From: Polyangiales bacterium
Lineage (GTDB): Bacteria > Myxococcota_A > Polyangia > Polyangiales > Ga0077539
Direction: 5' to 3'
DNA length: 64,000 bases
Assembly (NCBI GenBank): GCA_044229975.1
Contig: JBGARZ010000017.1
Coordinates: 96,001 to 160,000, forward strand
Shown here: positions 10,077-21,561 of the stretch, piece by piece
How the letters are laid out: each line of letters begins with the position of its first letter
How positions within the stretch are numbered: position 1 is the stretch's first letter
Position numbers and translations under genes: made by a program
Notes under the pieces: generated by a model
What the model saw: only the letters and a program-made list of their open reading frames with translations
Told to the model about the DNA's origin: nothing
Databases searched by the model: none

Positions 10077-10508
10077 ATGATCGAACCATTCAAGAAGGTC
10101 CTCGTCGGGACCGATTTCAGCGAGGCGGCGGGTCGGGCCGTGGAGCGCGCGGTGGACGTCGCCGCCCGCTACGGCGCAAAGCTTCACCTTGTTCACGCGT
10201 GGGACTACCCCGCCGTCGCCTACGCCGCGATGGGCACCACGATGATCGACATCCTGCCCTTCGAGCAGGCGGCGCGGGAGAAGCTCGACGCGCTCGTGGC
10301 CTCCCTCGCGGACCGCGGCGTCACCGTTGAAGCAAGCCTCTGCCGCGGCGTCGCGTGGGACCAGATCGTCTCACTCGTCGATCAGGTCGCGGCCGACCTT
10401 CTGGTGGTCGGCACGCACGGCCGCACCGGCCTCAAGCGCGCGATGCTCGGCAGCGTGGCCGAGCGGGTGGTGCGTCACGCGACGGTGCCTGTGCTCACGG
10501 TGCACTGA
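10077..10508 (+). CDS. Universal stress protein
   Basis: KKVLVGTDFS...DLLVVGTHGRTG...LGSVAERVVRHA.VPVL. Confidence 0.95.
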   Translation: MIEPFKKVLVGTDFSEAAGRAVERAVDVAARYGAKLHLVHAWDYPAVAYAAMGTTMIDILPFEQAAREKLDALVASLADRGVTVEASLCRGVAWDQIVSLVDQVAADLLVVGTHGRTGLKRAMLGSVAERVVRHATVPVLTVH

Positions 10509-10568
10509 AACGGAGGGACCCAGGTCAAGCGGTGTTCCGACGAGCGGCCCGCGTGCGATGGAGGATCC

Positions 10569-11222
10569 TCACGCCTCGACGTCTGCACCCACGGTAGTCC
10601 CCGCACGGGCGACGGCGGCGAGGATCGCCGCGGCCGCGGCCGCCAACCACAGACCACCCAGCCCGACGAAGCGGTGGGCGAGTGCGCCCGCTGCGGCTCC
10701 CGTCACGAGGCCGCCCCAGAGCAGGAGGTAGGGTAGCCAGGCCGTGCGGCTACCGCCCATGAGCGCGGCGGCGAGGCGCTGGCCGAGCTTCACCAGCGAG
10801 CCCGTCATGTACGTCACGCCGATGCTCACCTCTCCCTCGCGCTGGAAGACGGTGTTCTCTGCGCCCATGGCGAGCGCCATCGCGGCGGCCGCCGGGCGCG
10901 CCGACCCGCGCGCACCCAGCGCCGCCGCGGCCGCCAGCAACCCTGCGACGAGCAGGAGCACCGCCGCGCGCTGCCGTCGTCCCGCGGCGCGTCCGACGAG
11001 GGAGCCAGCCACCACACCGAGCACGAAGGTGCCGATCAACGCGGTGGCCTCCACCCCTGCTCGGCTACCCTGGGTGAAGCCCACGCCGGCGCGGGTGGAG
11101 TTTCCGCTCATGAAGCTCACGAAGAAGCCGCCGAGCGACAGGAAGCCCAGGGAGTCGACGTAACCCGCCAGCGTCGAGAGGCAGGCGGCGAGCAAGCGGT
11201 CGCGTCGGTCGGTGCGAGTCAT
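10569..11222 (-). CDS. YoaK/DUF1275 family membrane protein
   Basis: AGYVDSLGFL..GGFFVSFMSGNST; AMGAENT; TYMTG. Confidence 0.9.
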   Translation of the reverse strand: MTRTDRRDRLLAACLSTLAGYVDSLGFLSLGGFFVSFMSGNSTRAGVGFTQGSRAGVEATALIGTFVLGVVAGSLVGRAAGRRQRAAVLLLVAGLLAAAAALGARGSARPAAAAMALAMGAENTVFQREGEVSIGVTYMTGSLVKLGQRLAAALMGGSRTAWLPYLLLWGGLVTGAAAGALAHRFVGLGGLWLAAAAAAILAAVARAGTTVGADVEA

Positions 11223-11247
11223 GCGGGAGGAATACCGCCGTCCACGG

Positions 11248-12721
11248 TCAAGGGTGGTCGCCGAGGCGCGATCCCGTCGCGCGACCCGGATGCGTGCGGA
11301 GTCGGGCCGCAGCCTCCGCCCGCTCCTTCACGCCGAGCAGCATCCGGCGATCCATCGCGAACCCCACTGGCTCCATGAAGGTCGGACCCATCGCGACGAG
11401 CGTCGCCAGGTCGTCCGAGCAGTCGCATCGGTAGCGGCTCACGAAGCGGCAGCGCGCGTCCCCGAGCGGCTCCAGCTGGAACAACCACGACACGCGAACC
11501 CACGGCCGACCGTCCGCCATCGCCGCTTCATCGGGCCGCGCGACGGCCAGCAGGTGGTGCTCGGGCCGCAGGGACTCGACCCGCATCGGCGGCATCTTCG
11601 GGTGCAGCACGAGGCCGTCGCCGAGCCGGTGCGCCTCCGAGAGGTGGATCGACTCGGCGTTGTGGACCCCGCAGCCCGCGAGATTCTCCAGCGCCTGGTA
11701 GCTGTAGAACCCACCCCGGTCGGCGCCCACCTGGACCACCCAGGGCCACACCTCGCTCGCGCTCGCATCGATCTCGACGCCGTGGGTCCACGACCAGCGC
11801 GGTACGGGCACGACGTCGTCGCCCGGCCGCGGCGCGTCGGCGTCCTCCGCGTCGAGCCCCCAGTGACTGCGCGGCCCCCGCAGGAAGGGCGTCAGCAGCG
11901 CGAAGAGCATGGTCGCCGCGCCCTCGACGGCCTCGACCGCGTCGCCCCAGTTGCTCGAGCCCAGGCGCCCCTCAGCGCGGGCGGCGAGGTGGCGGAGCTG
12001 CACGGCCTGCATGAGGTGGTGCACCGGTCGGATCCACGCGGCGTGGAGAGCTTCCTCCGGCGGCCACCACGCGCGTGCCCGCGCCAGCAGTCGAGTGCTG
12101 TTCGCGTCGAGGGGCTCCAGGACGAAGCTCCAGGTGACGTGCCAGCTCCGAAGCGGCCGTGCGGACGCGAAGGGCAGCTGCCCTCCTGCCTCCAGGTCGT
12201 AGAGCCCGCCCAGCACCAGCGCGCGCGACGGCACAAGGCGGAGGACCTCGAAGCCGTCGTCGCCGTTGGGCGTCGCGGGGAGCACGTCGCCGACCGCGAG
12301 GTCCTGGAGTTCGGCGTGGACCTCCCGGGCGCTCGGGGGCGCGCCGTTGTCGAGCAGGTCCACGCTGTAGAAGCCGCCGCGGCGGCAGCCCATCTGCACC
12401 AGCCAGGGCCAGATGGCGTCCGGGGTGGCCGCGACGGTGATCCCCTTGGTGATCTGCGCGAGCGCCCCCGGGAGGAACTGGTCCCCTTCGAGGGCGCGGT
12501 CGTTCTCGTGGGCGTCCGGTGCGCCGAGGTCGCGCTCGATCCCCGCGAGCACGGCGTGACGGATGAAGTGGGACCCCGGGCCGATGAGCCGGTAGTAGCG
12601 GCGCACCTGCTCCCAGGCGTCGTCGGTCGTGGCGTCGACGCGGACCTCGAACTCGACGCGGGCGCCCCGTTCGCCGCGCGGCAGGACGCGCACCGCCCAC
12701 GCCACGCGCGCGTAGCCCGGC
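11248..12721 (-). pseudogene. 5'-truncated protein with two SRPBCC-like repeats
   Basis: Two IWPWLVQMG.R.GFYS / VWPWVVQVG.DRGGFYSY repeats; the reading frame begins mid-domain (EPGYARVAWAVRV) directly at the upstream gene's TGA, with no RBS. Confidence 0.6.
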
Positions 12722-13909
12722 TCACCGCGAGCCCCCGGTCACGAACACCGTGAGCGCCCCGGCGCCAATGAACGTGAGCGTCGCCGCGAGCGAGCGGGTC
12801 GAGAAGCGCGAGAGGCCGCACACGCCGTGGCCCGAGGTGCAGCCGCTACCCAGCCGCGTGCCGACGCCGACGAGCAGGCCCGCCGCGATCGCCGTGCCCG
12901 CGCCGACGCCTGCACTCGTGAAGGCGCCCGGGAGCGCGACGAGGGCTACGACGCCTCCACCGAGCAGTTCGGCGACGAACAGGGCGCGCCACCCGACGTC
13001 GCCCCGGGTCGGATGCACGACGCCGCCGACGATGCCCGACACGCCCAGGATGCGCCCGTTGAACCCGAGCAGGAGCGAGGCGCTGAGGCCGGTGAGCGCC
13101 CCTCCGGCGAGCGCGCGAACCCAGTCTGGATGAAGCAGCGACAAGAGGTCCCTCCCGAGAGGCGTTGAAGTGATCTGGCGACCGAGCGTGAAGAGCGCGA
13201 CGAGCAGCACGAAGGCGCCGAAACCCGCGCGCAGGGATGCCAGGGACACCCGCCGCGAGAGGCGCGTGCCGACGAGGCTCCCCCCGATGGCGGCGGCGGT
13301 GACGGCGGCGATGAGCGCCCAGGGGAGACCGCCCTCACCGGCGTGGCCCGCGAACCCTGCGAACGACTGCAACGCGATGACGAAGAGCGACGTGGCGACG
13401 GCCGTCTCCATGGTGAGGCCTCCGAGCAGCGCCAGCGCCGGGACGATCACGAAGCCGCCGCCGGCGCCCACGAGCCCCGAGATGAGCCCCACCGCCGCGC
13501 CCAGCGCGAGCATGCGGCCCGTGCGCGCCGGAGCATCGGAGGGGCCGACCGGGGCGTCGCGCCGCGGCCTCATCATCGACACCGCCGTGATCAGCATGAG
13601 CGCGGTGAACCCCACCAGCAGGACAGGGCCGGGGATGAGCCGCGCGAGGCACCCCCCGAGGAACGCGCCGACCATGCCCGCGCCGCCGAACACGGCGCCC
13701 ACGCGCCAGCGCACGAGGCCCGCCCGTGCCCTCGGGATGAGCGCCGCGACGCTGGTCGCCCCGACGACGAGCAGCGACGACGCGATCGCCCGGCGCGGGT
13801 CGAGGCCAGCGGCATAGACGAGCACCGGCACCGCGAGGATCGACCCCCCGCCGCCGAGCAGGCCCAGCGAGACGCCGATGAGCACCGCGAGGGCGACCGC
13901 GAGCGCCAC
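12722..13909 (-). CDS. TauE/SafE (TSUP) sulfite exporter fused to a YeeE/YedE thiosulfate-transporter domain
   Basis: GLLGGGGSIL and GLVGAGGGF (TauE), then ALAGGAL.G...NGRILGVSGI and GTRLGSGCTSGHGVCGLSRFS.RS (YeeE). Confidence 0.85.
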   Translation of the reverse strand: MALAVALAVLIGVSLGLLGGGGSILAVPVLVYAAGLDPRRAIASSLLVVGATSVAALIPRARAGLVRWRVGAVFGGAGMVGAFLGGCLARLIPGPVLLVGFTALMLITAVSMMRPRRDAPVGPSDAPARTGRMLALGAAVGLISGLVGAGGGFVIVPALALLGGLTMETAVATSLFVIALQSFAGFAGHAGEGGLPWALIAAVTAAAIGGSLVGTRLSRRVSLASLRAGFGAFVLLVALFTLGRQITSTPLGRDLLSLLHPDWVRALAGGALTGLSASLLLGFNGRILGVSGIVGGVVHPTRGDVGWRALFVAELLGGGVVALVALPGAFTSAGVGAGTAIAAGLLVGVGTRLGSGCTSGHGVCGLSRFSTRSLAATLTFIGAGALTVFVTGGSR

Positions 13910-13913
13910 GGCC

Positions 13914-14276
13914 CTACCGCCCCGCCCGCGCGCCCGGGAGGCCGGCAGCGTTGTAGGCGACCATGCCGCCTTCCAGGTTGATCACGCGCTGGAAGCCCTG
14001 GCGCACGAGCGCGAGCGCGGCGCGGCCCGATCGTGCGCCGGAGCGGCACACCATCATCAGGAGGGCGCCGCGATCCCAGGCCGACGCGGCGCCTTCGAGG
14101 GTGGCAAGCGGGACCAGCTCGGCGCCCGGGATGTGCCCGAGCTCGGCGTCGAACTCGCCCGGCTCTCGCACGTCGACGAGGCGCGCCCCGGCAGGCACGG
14201 CGCCGAGGTCGGCGGGGGCGAGAACGCGGTAGCCGTCCGGGTGCAGACGTGCGCGAGCGAAACGGTCCGTGTCCAT
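13914..14276 (-). CDS. Rhodanese-domain sulfurtransferase
   Basis: LVDVREP.EF...GHIPGA, active loop CRSGARS, NLEGGM; GGAG RBS. Confidence 0.9.
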   Translation of the reverse strand: MDTDRFARARLHPDGYRVLAPADLGAVPAGARLVDVREPGEFDAELGHIPGAELVPLATLEGAASAWDRGALLMMVCRSGARSGRAALALVRQGFQRVINLEGGMVAYNAAGLPGARAGR

Positions 14277-14329
14277 GGTCGGGTCTCTCCTTCGGGGTGA
14301 TGGGTCGGGTCCTGCGAGAGGGAGCGAGC

Positions 14330-15055
14330 TCAGCTCGACACGCCCTGGACGGGCGCCAGAGACCTTTGGGTGTTGCGCGGCTCGCCGCACGCCTGGTTCG
14401 CGGGCACGGCCTCCTGGATCCTCCGGGGCGCGGGCACCTTGAGCGCCTGCATGGTGCGGATGAACTCGGCGCGGCTCTTCCCCGCGAGGCGCGGGTTGAA
14501 GCGCCGCTCCTCACCGATGGTCGTCATGCCGTGGCCCTTGTAGTCGTGGGCGGGGTAAACGAGCGTCTCGTCGGGGAGCGCGAAGAGCACCCGGGTGATG
14601 GAGTCGTAGAGGGCGCCCGCGTCGCCGTTCTGGAAGTCGGTGCGACCGTTGCCGCGCACGAGCATCGCGTCGCCCGTGAAGACGCGGTCGCCCACGAGGT
14701 AGCTCACGCTCTCGTCGGTGTGCCCCGGCGTCGCCAGGACTCGCACCACGAGCGAGCCGAGGCGGATCTCGTCGTCATGCTGGACGTGGAGGTCGGCGCA
14801 CGGCGCGGCGGCGCCCCCAACAACGGTCTTCGCCTGCGTTCGCTCGCGCAGCTCCCCCGCGCCCGTGACGTGGTCGGCGTGGACGTGGGTGTCGAGCACG
14901 TAGACGAGGCGCAGACCGAGCTCCTCGATCAGCTTGAGATCGCGATCCACCTGCTCGCGCACGGCGTCGATGAGCAGCGCCTCGCGGGTCACCGGGTCGG
15001 CGACGAGATAGGTGTAGGTCGAGCTGTCGGCGTCGAAGAGCTGACGGAAGATCAT
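14330..15055 (-). CDS. Persulfide dioxygenase, ETHE1-like MBL-fold
   Basis: MIFRQLFDADSSTYTYL, THVHADHVTG, TPGHT, FTGD, GRTDFQ, YPAHDYKG, NPRL. Confidence 0.85.
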   Translation of the reverse strand: MIFRQLFDADSSTYTYLVADPVTREALLIDAVREQVDRDLKLIEELGLRLVYVLDTHVHADHVTGAGELRERTQAKTVVGGAAAPCADLHVQHDDEIRLGSLVVRVLATPGHTDESVSYLVGDRVFTGDAMLVRGNGRTDFQNGDAGALYDSITRVLFALPDETLVYPAHDYKGHGMTTIGEERRFNPRLAGKSRAEFIRTMQALKVPAPRRIQEAVPANQACGEPRNTQRSLAPVQGVSS

Positions 15056-15085
15056 GGCGGCGTTCCTCTGTGCCTCGGAGGGCAT

Positions 15086-15101
15086 AGCGAGGCGCATGCC
15101 G
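15086..15101 (-). promoter_or_regulatory. Candidate sigma54 promoter for the pdo-rhodanese-tauE/yeeE operon
   Basis: CGGCAT-GCGCC-TCGCT. Confidence 0.6.
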
Positions 15102-15282
15102 GAGCCTGGAGCCGCGCCGACGCGTCGCGGATTCCTGCGCCCGACGCGATAGGAGTGGTCCCGGACGGGGGGCGGTCACGGCGGCGCGACGAAACGCTTC
15201 GCAACGCGCCGTGAAACACGTTCGCGACCTTGCAACAGCGTCGCCGCGACTCATCCGGCGCGGCACGGCCCGGGGCGGGTGG

Positions 15283-15298
15283 CGGCACGGCGCCCGCG
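15283..15298 (+). promoter_or_regulatory. Weak candidate sigma54 promoter for DUF302-lgt-dps
   Basis: CGGCAC-GGCGC-CCGCG (GG-N10-GC). Confidence 0.35.
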
Positions 15299-15351
15299 TT
15301 GGTGACAGGCACGGCCGCGCAAGGCGGTCGGACAACAGGACGAGGCGGATC

Positions 15352-15756
15352 ATGATGGATTGGAACGTGCCCTACGGCATCGCGCGTCGGCTCGCGGGTG
15401 TCTCCCTGGACGAGGCGCGGGCCCGTGTCACCGAGGCGCTGAAGCGGGAGGGCTTCGGCGTGCTCACCGAGATCGACCTGCGGGCGACGCTCAAGAAGAA
15501 GCTCGACGTCGACACCGCGCCCTACCTCATCCTCGGCGCCTGCAACCCGCAGCTCGCGCACCGCGCGATCGGGATGGAGCCCGCCATCGGGCTGCTGCTT
15601 CCGTGCAACGTCATCGTCGCGCAGGACGGCGGCGACACCGTCATCGCGGCGGCCTCGCCCACGGCGATGTTCTCCGTCGTCGAGCGGAAGGACGTCCTGT
15701 CGACCGTCGCGGTCGACGCCGAGGCGCGCCTGCGCAGGGCCATCGAGACCGCCTGA
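15352..15756 (+). CDS. DUF302 domain protein
   Basis: EGFGVLTEID...YLILGACNP...IGLLLPCNVIV. Confidence 0.9.
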   Translation: MMDWNVPYGIARRLAGVSLDEARARVTEALKREGFGVLTEIDLRATLKKKLDVDTAPYLILGACNPQLAHRAIGMEPAIGLLLPCNVIVAQDGGDTVIAAASPTAMFSVVERKDVLSTVAVDAEARLRRAIETA

Positions 15757-15801
15757 AAGCCCACGACGGCTTCGCCAGCACCCAGCAAGGAGACCGCATC
15801 G

Positions 15802-16599
15802 ATGCCGCCGTCACCCTTCGCCCTCCTCGCGGTCCTGCCGTACATCACGGTGCCCGATCGCCTGGGGCCGATTCACCCCTTCGGCATCCTCGTCGCGATC
15901 GGGGTCGCGGTCGGCTTCCGGCTCGCCTCGCAGCGAGCGCGCACGCTCGGCCACGACATGGCGCGCTTCGACAGCCACGTCACGTGGACGGTCGCGACGG
16001 GCTTCGTCCTGAGCCACGTCCTCGACACCGTCTTCTACCACCCCGATCTCCTGCTGCGGCAGCCGTGGGAGATCGTCATGCTCCACCACGGGCTGTCGTC
16101 CTTCGGGGGCTTCGTCGGGGGCGTGCTGGGCTTCGTCGCCTACGGCCGCCGCCACCGCCTGGACCTCTGGCGGAGCGCGGACGCGATCGCGTTCGGCCTG
16201 CCCACGGGCTGGCTCTTCGGCCGGATGGGTTGCGCGACGGTCCACGACCACCCCGGCGCGCGCTCCTGGAGCCCGCTCGCGGTGGACTGGCCCGGCGGCC
16301 CGCGCTTCGACCTCGGGCTGCTCGAGCTCCTGCTGGTGCCGGTCCTCATCGCGGGCGTGGCCCTCGTCGCGCGCCGCACGACGCGGCCGGGCTCCCTCAT
16401 CACCGCCCTCGCGCTCCTGTACCCGCCGATCCGCTTCCCGCTCGACTTCCTCCGTGCGTCGGCGGCGGAGGGCGGCGACGTCCGGTACCTGGGTCTCACG
16501 TCCGGCCAGTACGCTTCCATGGGGCTCTTCGCCATCGGAGTCGGGCTCCTGCTTCGGCGTCCGGCGCCGACGGAGGGCGCTCGTGGGCACGCCCCATGA
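15802..16599 (+). CDS. lgt: Prolipoprotein diacylglyceryl transferase-family protein
   Basis: GLSSFGGFVGG, GWLFGRMGC, RFPLDFLR, RYLGLT.GQ; about 7 TMs. Confidence 0.8.
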   Translation: MPPSPFALLAVLPYITVPDRLGPIHPFGILVAIGVAVGFRLASQRARTLGHDMARFDSHVTWTVATGFVLSHVLDTVFYHPDLLLRQPWEIVMLHHGLSSFGGFVGGVLGFVAYGRRHRLDLWRSADAIAFGLPTGWLFGRMGCATVHDHPGARSWSPLAVDWPGGPRFDLGLLELLLVPVLIAGVALVARRTTRPGSLITALALLYPPIRFPLDFLRASAAEGGDVRYLGLTSGQYASMGLFAIGVGLLLRRPAPTEGARGHAP

Positions 16600-16694
16600 A
16601 TAGAACACGGGGTTGAGCAATCCGGGACCGTCGGTCCGCCGTCCGGCGGGCCGATCGGCGTCGCAGAACACCGCCTCAGCACGGAGACACGCCC

Positions 16695-17156
16695 ATGAAC
16701 ATCGGCATCAACGACAACGACCGCGCCGCCATCGTCGAGCACCTGAGCCGGGTGCTCGCGGACACGTACACGCTCTACCTGAAGACCCACAACTTCCACT
16801 GGAACGTGACGGGTCCACGCTTCAACGACCTGCACGCCATGTTCATGGGGCAGTACACGATGATGTGGAACGCCGTGGACCTCGTGGCCGAGCGCATCCG
16901 ATCGCTCGCGGCGCCGGCCCCGGGCAGCTACCGCGACTTCGCTAGGCTCACGGTCATCGCCGAGGCCGAAGGCGTGCCGAAGGCCCACGACATGGTGCGG
17001 CAGCTCGTGGACGGCCACGAGGCGGTCTGCCGAACCGCGCGCGCGGCCTTCCCCGTTGCCGAGACCGCCGGCGATCAGGTGACGATGGACCTGCTCACCC
17101 AGCGCCTTGAGTTTCACGAGAAGACGGCGTGGATGCTCCGCAGCCTGCTCGAGTAG
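16695..17156 (+). CDS. dps: Dps DNA-protection ferritin-like protein
   Basis: [34 protein letters not shown]. Confidence 0.95.
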   Translation: MNIGINDNDRAAIVEHLSRVLADTYTLYLKTHNFHWNVTGPRFNDLHAMFMGQYTMMWNAVDLVAERIRSLAAPAPGSYRDFARLTVIAEAEGVPKAHDMVRQLVDGHEAVCRTARAAFPVAETAGDQVTMDLLTQRLEFHEKTAWMLRSLLE

Positions 17157-17190
17157 GGCCGAGCCGGCCTGCTCACCTTCGCCGGGGCAC

Positions 17191-18540
<1,350 letters not shown>

Positions 18541-18643
18541 CGGGTTGTCTCGGGGTGCGTTGCGGAGGCGGTCTGAAACGGTTCACTCCCTATACCGCAG
18601 CGGCCTTCGACGCATTGCCTCTTCCGCCGGGGAGGGGAGGAGC

Positions 18644-19534
18644 TCAAATCGGCTTCGGGTTGCCGCCCTCGTCGGTCGGGTGAAACAGGTTGAGGGGCAG
18701 GCGCAGGTACCGTACGCCGTTGGCGGCGACGCGAGGGAGGGCGCCCGCGTCGATGTTGACCCCTACGCTCGGCAGCAGCAGCCGGGGCGCTGCCAGCGTC
18801 GCGTCGCGCGTCCGGCGCATCGCGACGAAGTCGGCCCGAGAGGTCTCCGACAGGAGCTGCACGTTGGAACGCTTGGAGGCGCCGATGGTGGTCTCGAAGC
18901 GCATCGCGCGTCCGCCCGGCTGGTAGTCATGGCCGACGAAGACCCGCGTCGCGTCGGGCAGCGCGTAGAGGCGCTGGATGGAGTCGTAGAGGTCCTCCGC
19001 CGAGCCTCGGGGGAAGTCGCAGCGGCCGGTGCCGAAGTCCTCGATGAACAGCGCGTCGCCGGTGAAGAGCGCGTCGCCGATCAGGTAGCTCACGCAGGCC
19101 GGCGTGTGCCCCCGCGTCGCGATGACCTTCATCGCGAGCGACCCGGCCCGCAGCGTCTCGCCGTCGGCGAGCAGCCGGTCGAACTGCGACCCGTCGACAC
19201 GGAGGTCGTCCCCAAGGTCGAAGATGCCCCGGAAGTTCTGCTGCACCTCGGTGATGCGCGCCCCGATCGCGACCGCGGCCCCGTGCCGCTGCTTGAGGAG
19301 TTGCGAGCCCGACAGGTGGTCGGCGTGCGCGTGCGTCTCCAGTACGTAGCGCAGCGAGAGAGACTCGTGCTCGACGAATCGCGAGACGGTGTCGACCGAG
19401 GCGGTGCTCGTCTGCGAGGCGCCCGGCTCATAGTCGAGCACCGGGTCGATCACGACGGCGTCGCGCGTGGCCTCGTCGAACACCACGTAGGTCAGCGTGA
19501 AGGTATCCGGGTCGAAGAACTCTCGGATCTGCAT
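18644..19534 (-). CDS. Persulfide dioxygenase, Blh-like MBL-fold
   Basis: [59 protein letters not shown]...NI.AG.LP. Confidence 0.85.
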   Translation of the reverse strand: MQIREFFDPDTFTLTYVVFDEATRDAVVIDPVLDYEPGASQTSTASVDTVSRFVEHESLSLRYVLETHAHADHLSGSQLLKQRHGAAVAIGARITEVQQNFRGIFDLGDDLRVDGSQFDRLLADGETLRAGSLAMKVIATRGHTPACVSYLIGDALFTGDALFIEDFGTGRCDFPRGSAEDLYDSIQRLYALPDATRVFVGHDYQPGGRAMRFETTIGASKRSNVQLLSETSRADFVAMRRTRDATLAAPRLLLPSVGVNIDAGALPRVAANGVRYLRLPLNLFHPTDEGGNPKPI

Positions 19535-19575
19535 GGCGGTCCCTTTCGGTACGTCGGTCACGTCGACGTACAAGC

Positions 19576-19591
19576 CGCAATGGTCGTGCCG
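19576..19591 (-). promoter_or_regulatory. Sigma54 promoter candidate for the Blh-like pdo
   Basis: CGGCAC-GACCA-TTGCG, close to consensus. Confidence 0.7.
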
Positions 19592-19652
19592 GTCGTCCGA
19601 TCGCATTCTCCCAGGAGGGCCGATGCTTCCGATGTAACAGGCGGTGGTGAGC

Positions 19653-19684
19653 CGTTTCATCGGGACGTTTCATCTCGTTTCATC
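19653..19684. promoter_or_regulatory. Triple direct repeat CGTTTCATC (candidate activator site)
   Basis: Exact 9-mers at 19653, 19666 and 19676, between divergent -24/-12 elements. Confidence 0.55.
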
Positions 19685-19724
19685 GGATTGAGCCCGGTCG
19701 CCCCGACGTCGCGCCGTCCCCGTG

Positions 19725-19740
19725 TGGCATGTCGCTCGCT
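19725..19740 (+). promoter_or_regulatory. Sigma54 promoter candidate for the small Cys-rich gene
   Basis: TGGCAT-GTCGC-TCGCT. Confidence 0.6.
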
Positions 19741-19818
19741 TCGGGATCCGCGACAGCAGACGGACCGATCGGCGGACCAGGCGCCGATGCGACCGAGCGA
19801 GGAAGGACGAGAGACTCC

Positions 19819-19998
19819 ATGTGCCAACGGGTGACCTGTCCGAAGTGCAATAAGGCGACGTTTGCGGGCTGCGGGAGGCACGTCGAGCAGGTGCTTCAGG
19901 GCGTCCCGCCGGAGCAGCGGTGCGTGTGCGACCAGCAGAAGTCCGCGCCGTCGAGCGACCCTGCGCCGAAGCGCAAGGGGTGGTGGCCCTTCATCTGA
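19819..19998 (+). CDS. Small Cys-rich protein (59 aa)
   Basis: MCQRVTCPKCNKATFAGCGRHVEQVLQGVPPEQRCVC; purine-rich RBS and its own promoter candidate. Confidence 0.7.
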   Translation: MCQRVTCPKCNKATFAGCGRHVEQVLQGVPPEQRCVCDQQKSAPSSDPAPKRKGWWPFI

Positions 19999-20016
19999 AG
20001 GCGCGAGGTAACGCGG

Positions 20017-20628
20017 TCACGCCGCCGCCGCGCCCGGTTCGCCATCGCGTCGACTCTGATCGAGCGGGCGGAGGCGGAGGGCGAAGGCGACCATCGTGGC
20101 GCCGAAGCCCAGGGCGTAGACCCCCACGCACCACGTCAGGACGGTGAGCGCGACGCCGGGCCGGGCCACGATCAGGGCGCCGAGAGCGATCGACGCGACG
20201 CCGGCCAGGGTGAGCGCGATGCCGCCGAAGAGGCGACGCCACCAGAGGCCCGCCGCGACCTCGATGAGACCGGAGAGGACCGCGCAGCCCGCCACGATGT
20301 GGAGCAGCGCGTAGGTCGGGAGCGATGGCCAGAAGAAGGTCACGAGACCGCCTGTGATACCGAGCGCGGCCTCGACGACGAGCGCGCCGCGGCGGTGTGC
20401 TCCGTCGGCGGGTCGAGGCCCGAGCGCGGCGAGTGCGGCCATGCCGTCGGCCAGCATGTAGGCCGCGAGGAGCACGACGAGCGTGCGCACCGTGGCCGCG
20501 GGCCAGATGAGTGCGGACGCGCCGAACGCTACGCCGAGCGCGCCGCGAAACGCGAGCGCGCGCCAGCTGCGGAAGTGGATGAGGATCATGGCGGGACCGA
20601 CGGACCTTTCTTGCGCCGGAGCTGGCAT
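20017..20628 (-). CDS. HdeD/DUF308 family membrane protein
   Basis: WRALAFRGALGVAFG...WP..T...L...AAYMLADG; G.YAL.FG; start uncertain (20628 or 20589). Confidence 0.8.
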   Translation of the reverse strand: MPAPAQERSVGPAMILIHFRSWRALAFRGALGVAFGASALIWPAATVRTLVVLLAAYMLADGMAALAALGPRPADGAHRRGALVVEAALGITGGLVTFFWPSLPTYALLHIVAGCAVLSGLIEVAAGLWWRRLFGGIALTLAGVASIALGALIVARPGVALTVLTWCVGVYALGFGATMVAFALRLRPLDQSRRDGEPGAAAA

Positions 20629-20850
20629 GAGGCTCCGCCGGAGCAGCAACCGGACCACGGGCCGGGACCGGCTACAGCGAGCCGTGCACGTGCAGCAGGA
20701 GCGTGACCGTGACCGTGACGGTCAGCTGCGCCGCGGGGAGCGCCCCGACGCCGACGTCGAGCGGTCCCTCCAGGCGGAGCCGAAGGTGGGTGGGGCCCGA
20801 GAGGATGTGGGAGACGAGAGAGCGCACCCCCTCGGGGTCGACGGTCACCG

Positions 20851-21054
20851 GCCGGGTTGCACCGGCACGGGCTGGCGGCGAGCACCGCGGCGACCGCGGT
20901 CACCCTGGCGATGATGACGAACACGGTCGCCAAGGCGGTCATCGCGCTGTGGGCGGGCGGCGCCACGCTCGGCCGCCGGGTCGCCCTGTCGCTGGGCGGG
21001 GCGCTCCTCGCCGGGATCGCAGCGCTGGTGATCGCCGCCGCTACGCGCGGCTGA
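20851..21054 (+). pseudogene. C-terminal remnant of an MgtC/SapB-DUF4010 protein
   Basis: AGLHRHGLAASTAATAVTLAMMTNTVAKAVIALWAGG...; N..K and GG pattern of the DUF4010 C-terminus; no 5' part. Confidence 0.6.
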
Positions 21055-21068
21055 CGGGCGCCCCGGCG

Positions 21069-21545
21069 TCAGATGAAGATGATCTGCGAGCCGGCGGCCT
21101 TGTCGTAGAAGTCGACCGCGCTGATGACGTCCTTCACCTGCGGCGCGAGGTCTTCGCGCTTCAAGCGGAACATGTCCATCGCGAGCTGGCAGGCGTAGAG
21201 CTCGGCGCCCGCGTCGCTCAGGATCTGTAGGAACTCGGGCACCGGCGGGATGTCGAGCTTCTCCATCTCCTTGCGCATCGCGACGCTCGCGAGCGCCTCG
21301 ACGCCGGGCAGCCCGGCGAGCATCGCCGGGACGGGCACGGAGGTGTTGCCGACGAGGGACAGGTGCAGGTGGTCGGCCTTCCCCTTGGTGACGATGTCGA
21401 GGCCCCAGAAGGTGAAGAAGAGCACCGCCTCGATGCCGGACATGCGCGCGGCGTTGGCGAGAATGAGGCCGGGGTAGGCCATGTCGAGGCTGCCCTTCGA
21501 ACAGATGATGCTGACCTTGCGGATCGGTTCGTGGTTGTCGCTCAT
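21069..21545 (-). CDS. DsrE2/DrsH-like sulfurtransferase (peroxiredoxin-like family)
   Basis: KVSIICSKGSLDMAYP.LILA, LFFTFWGL, LYACQLAMDMF, ends IIFI. Confidence 0.85.
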   Translation of the reverse strand: MSDNHEPIRKVSIICSKGSLDMAYPGLILANAARMSGIEAVLFFTFWGLDIVTKGKADHLHLSLVGNTSVPVPAMLAGLPGVEALASVAMRKEMEKLDIPPVPEFLQILSDAGAELYACQLAMDMFRLKREDLAPQVKDVISAVDFYDKAAGSQIIFI

Positions 21546-21561
21546 GAAGTCCTCGCTCGGG

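Noticed and set aside
20670..20845. GTGACC microrepeat and a possible minus-strand gene remnant
   Set aside because: Too short and degenerate to assign.
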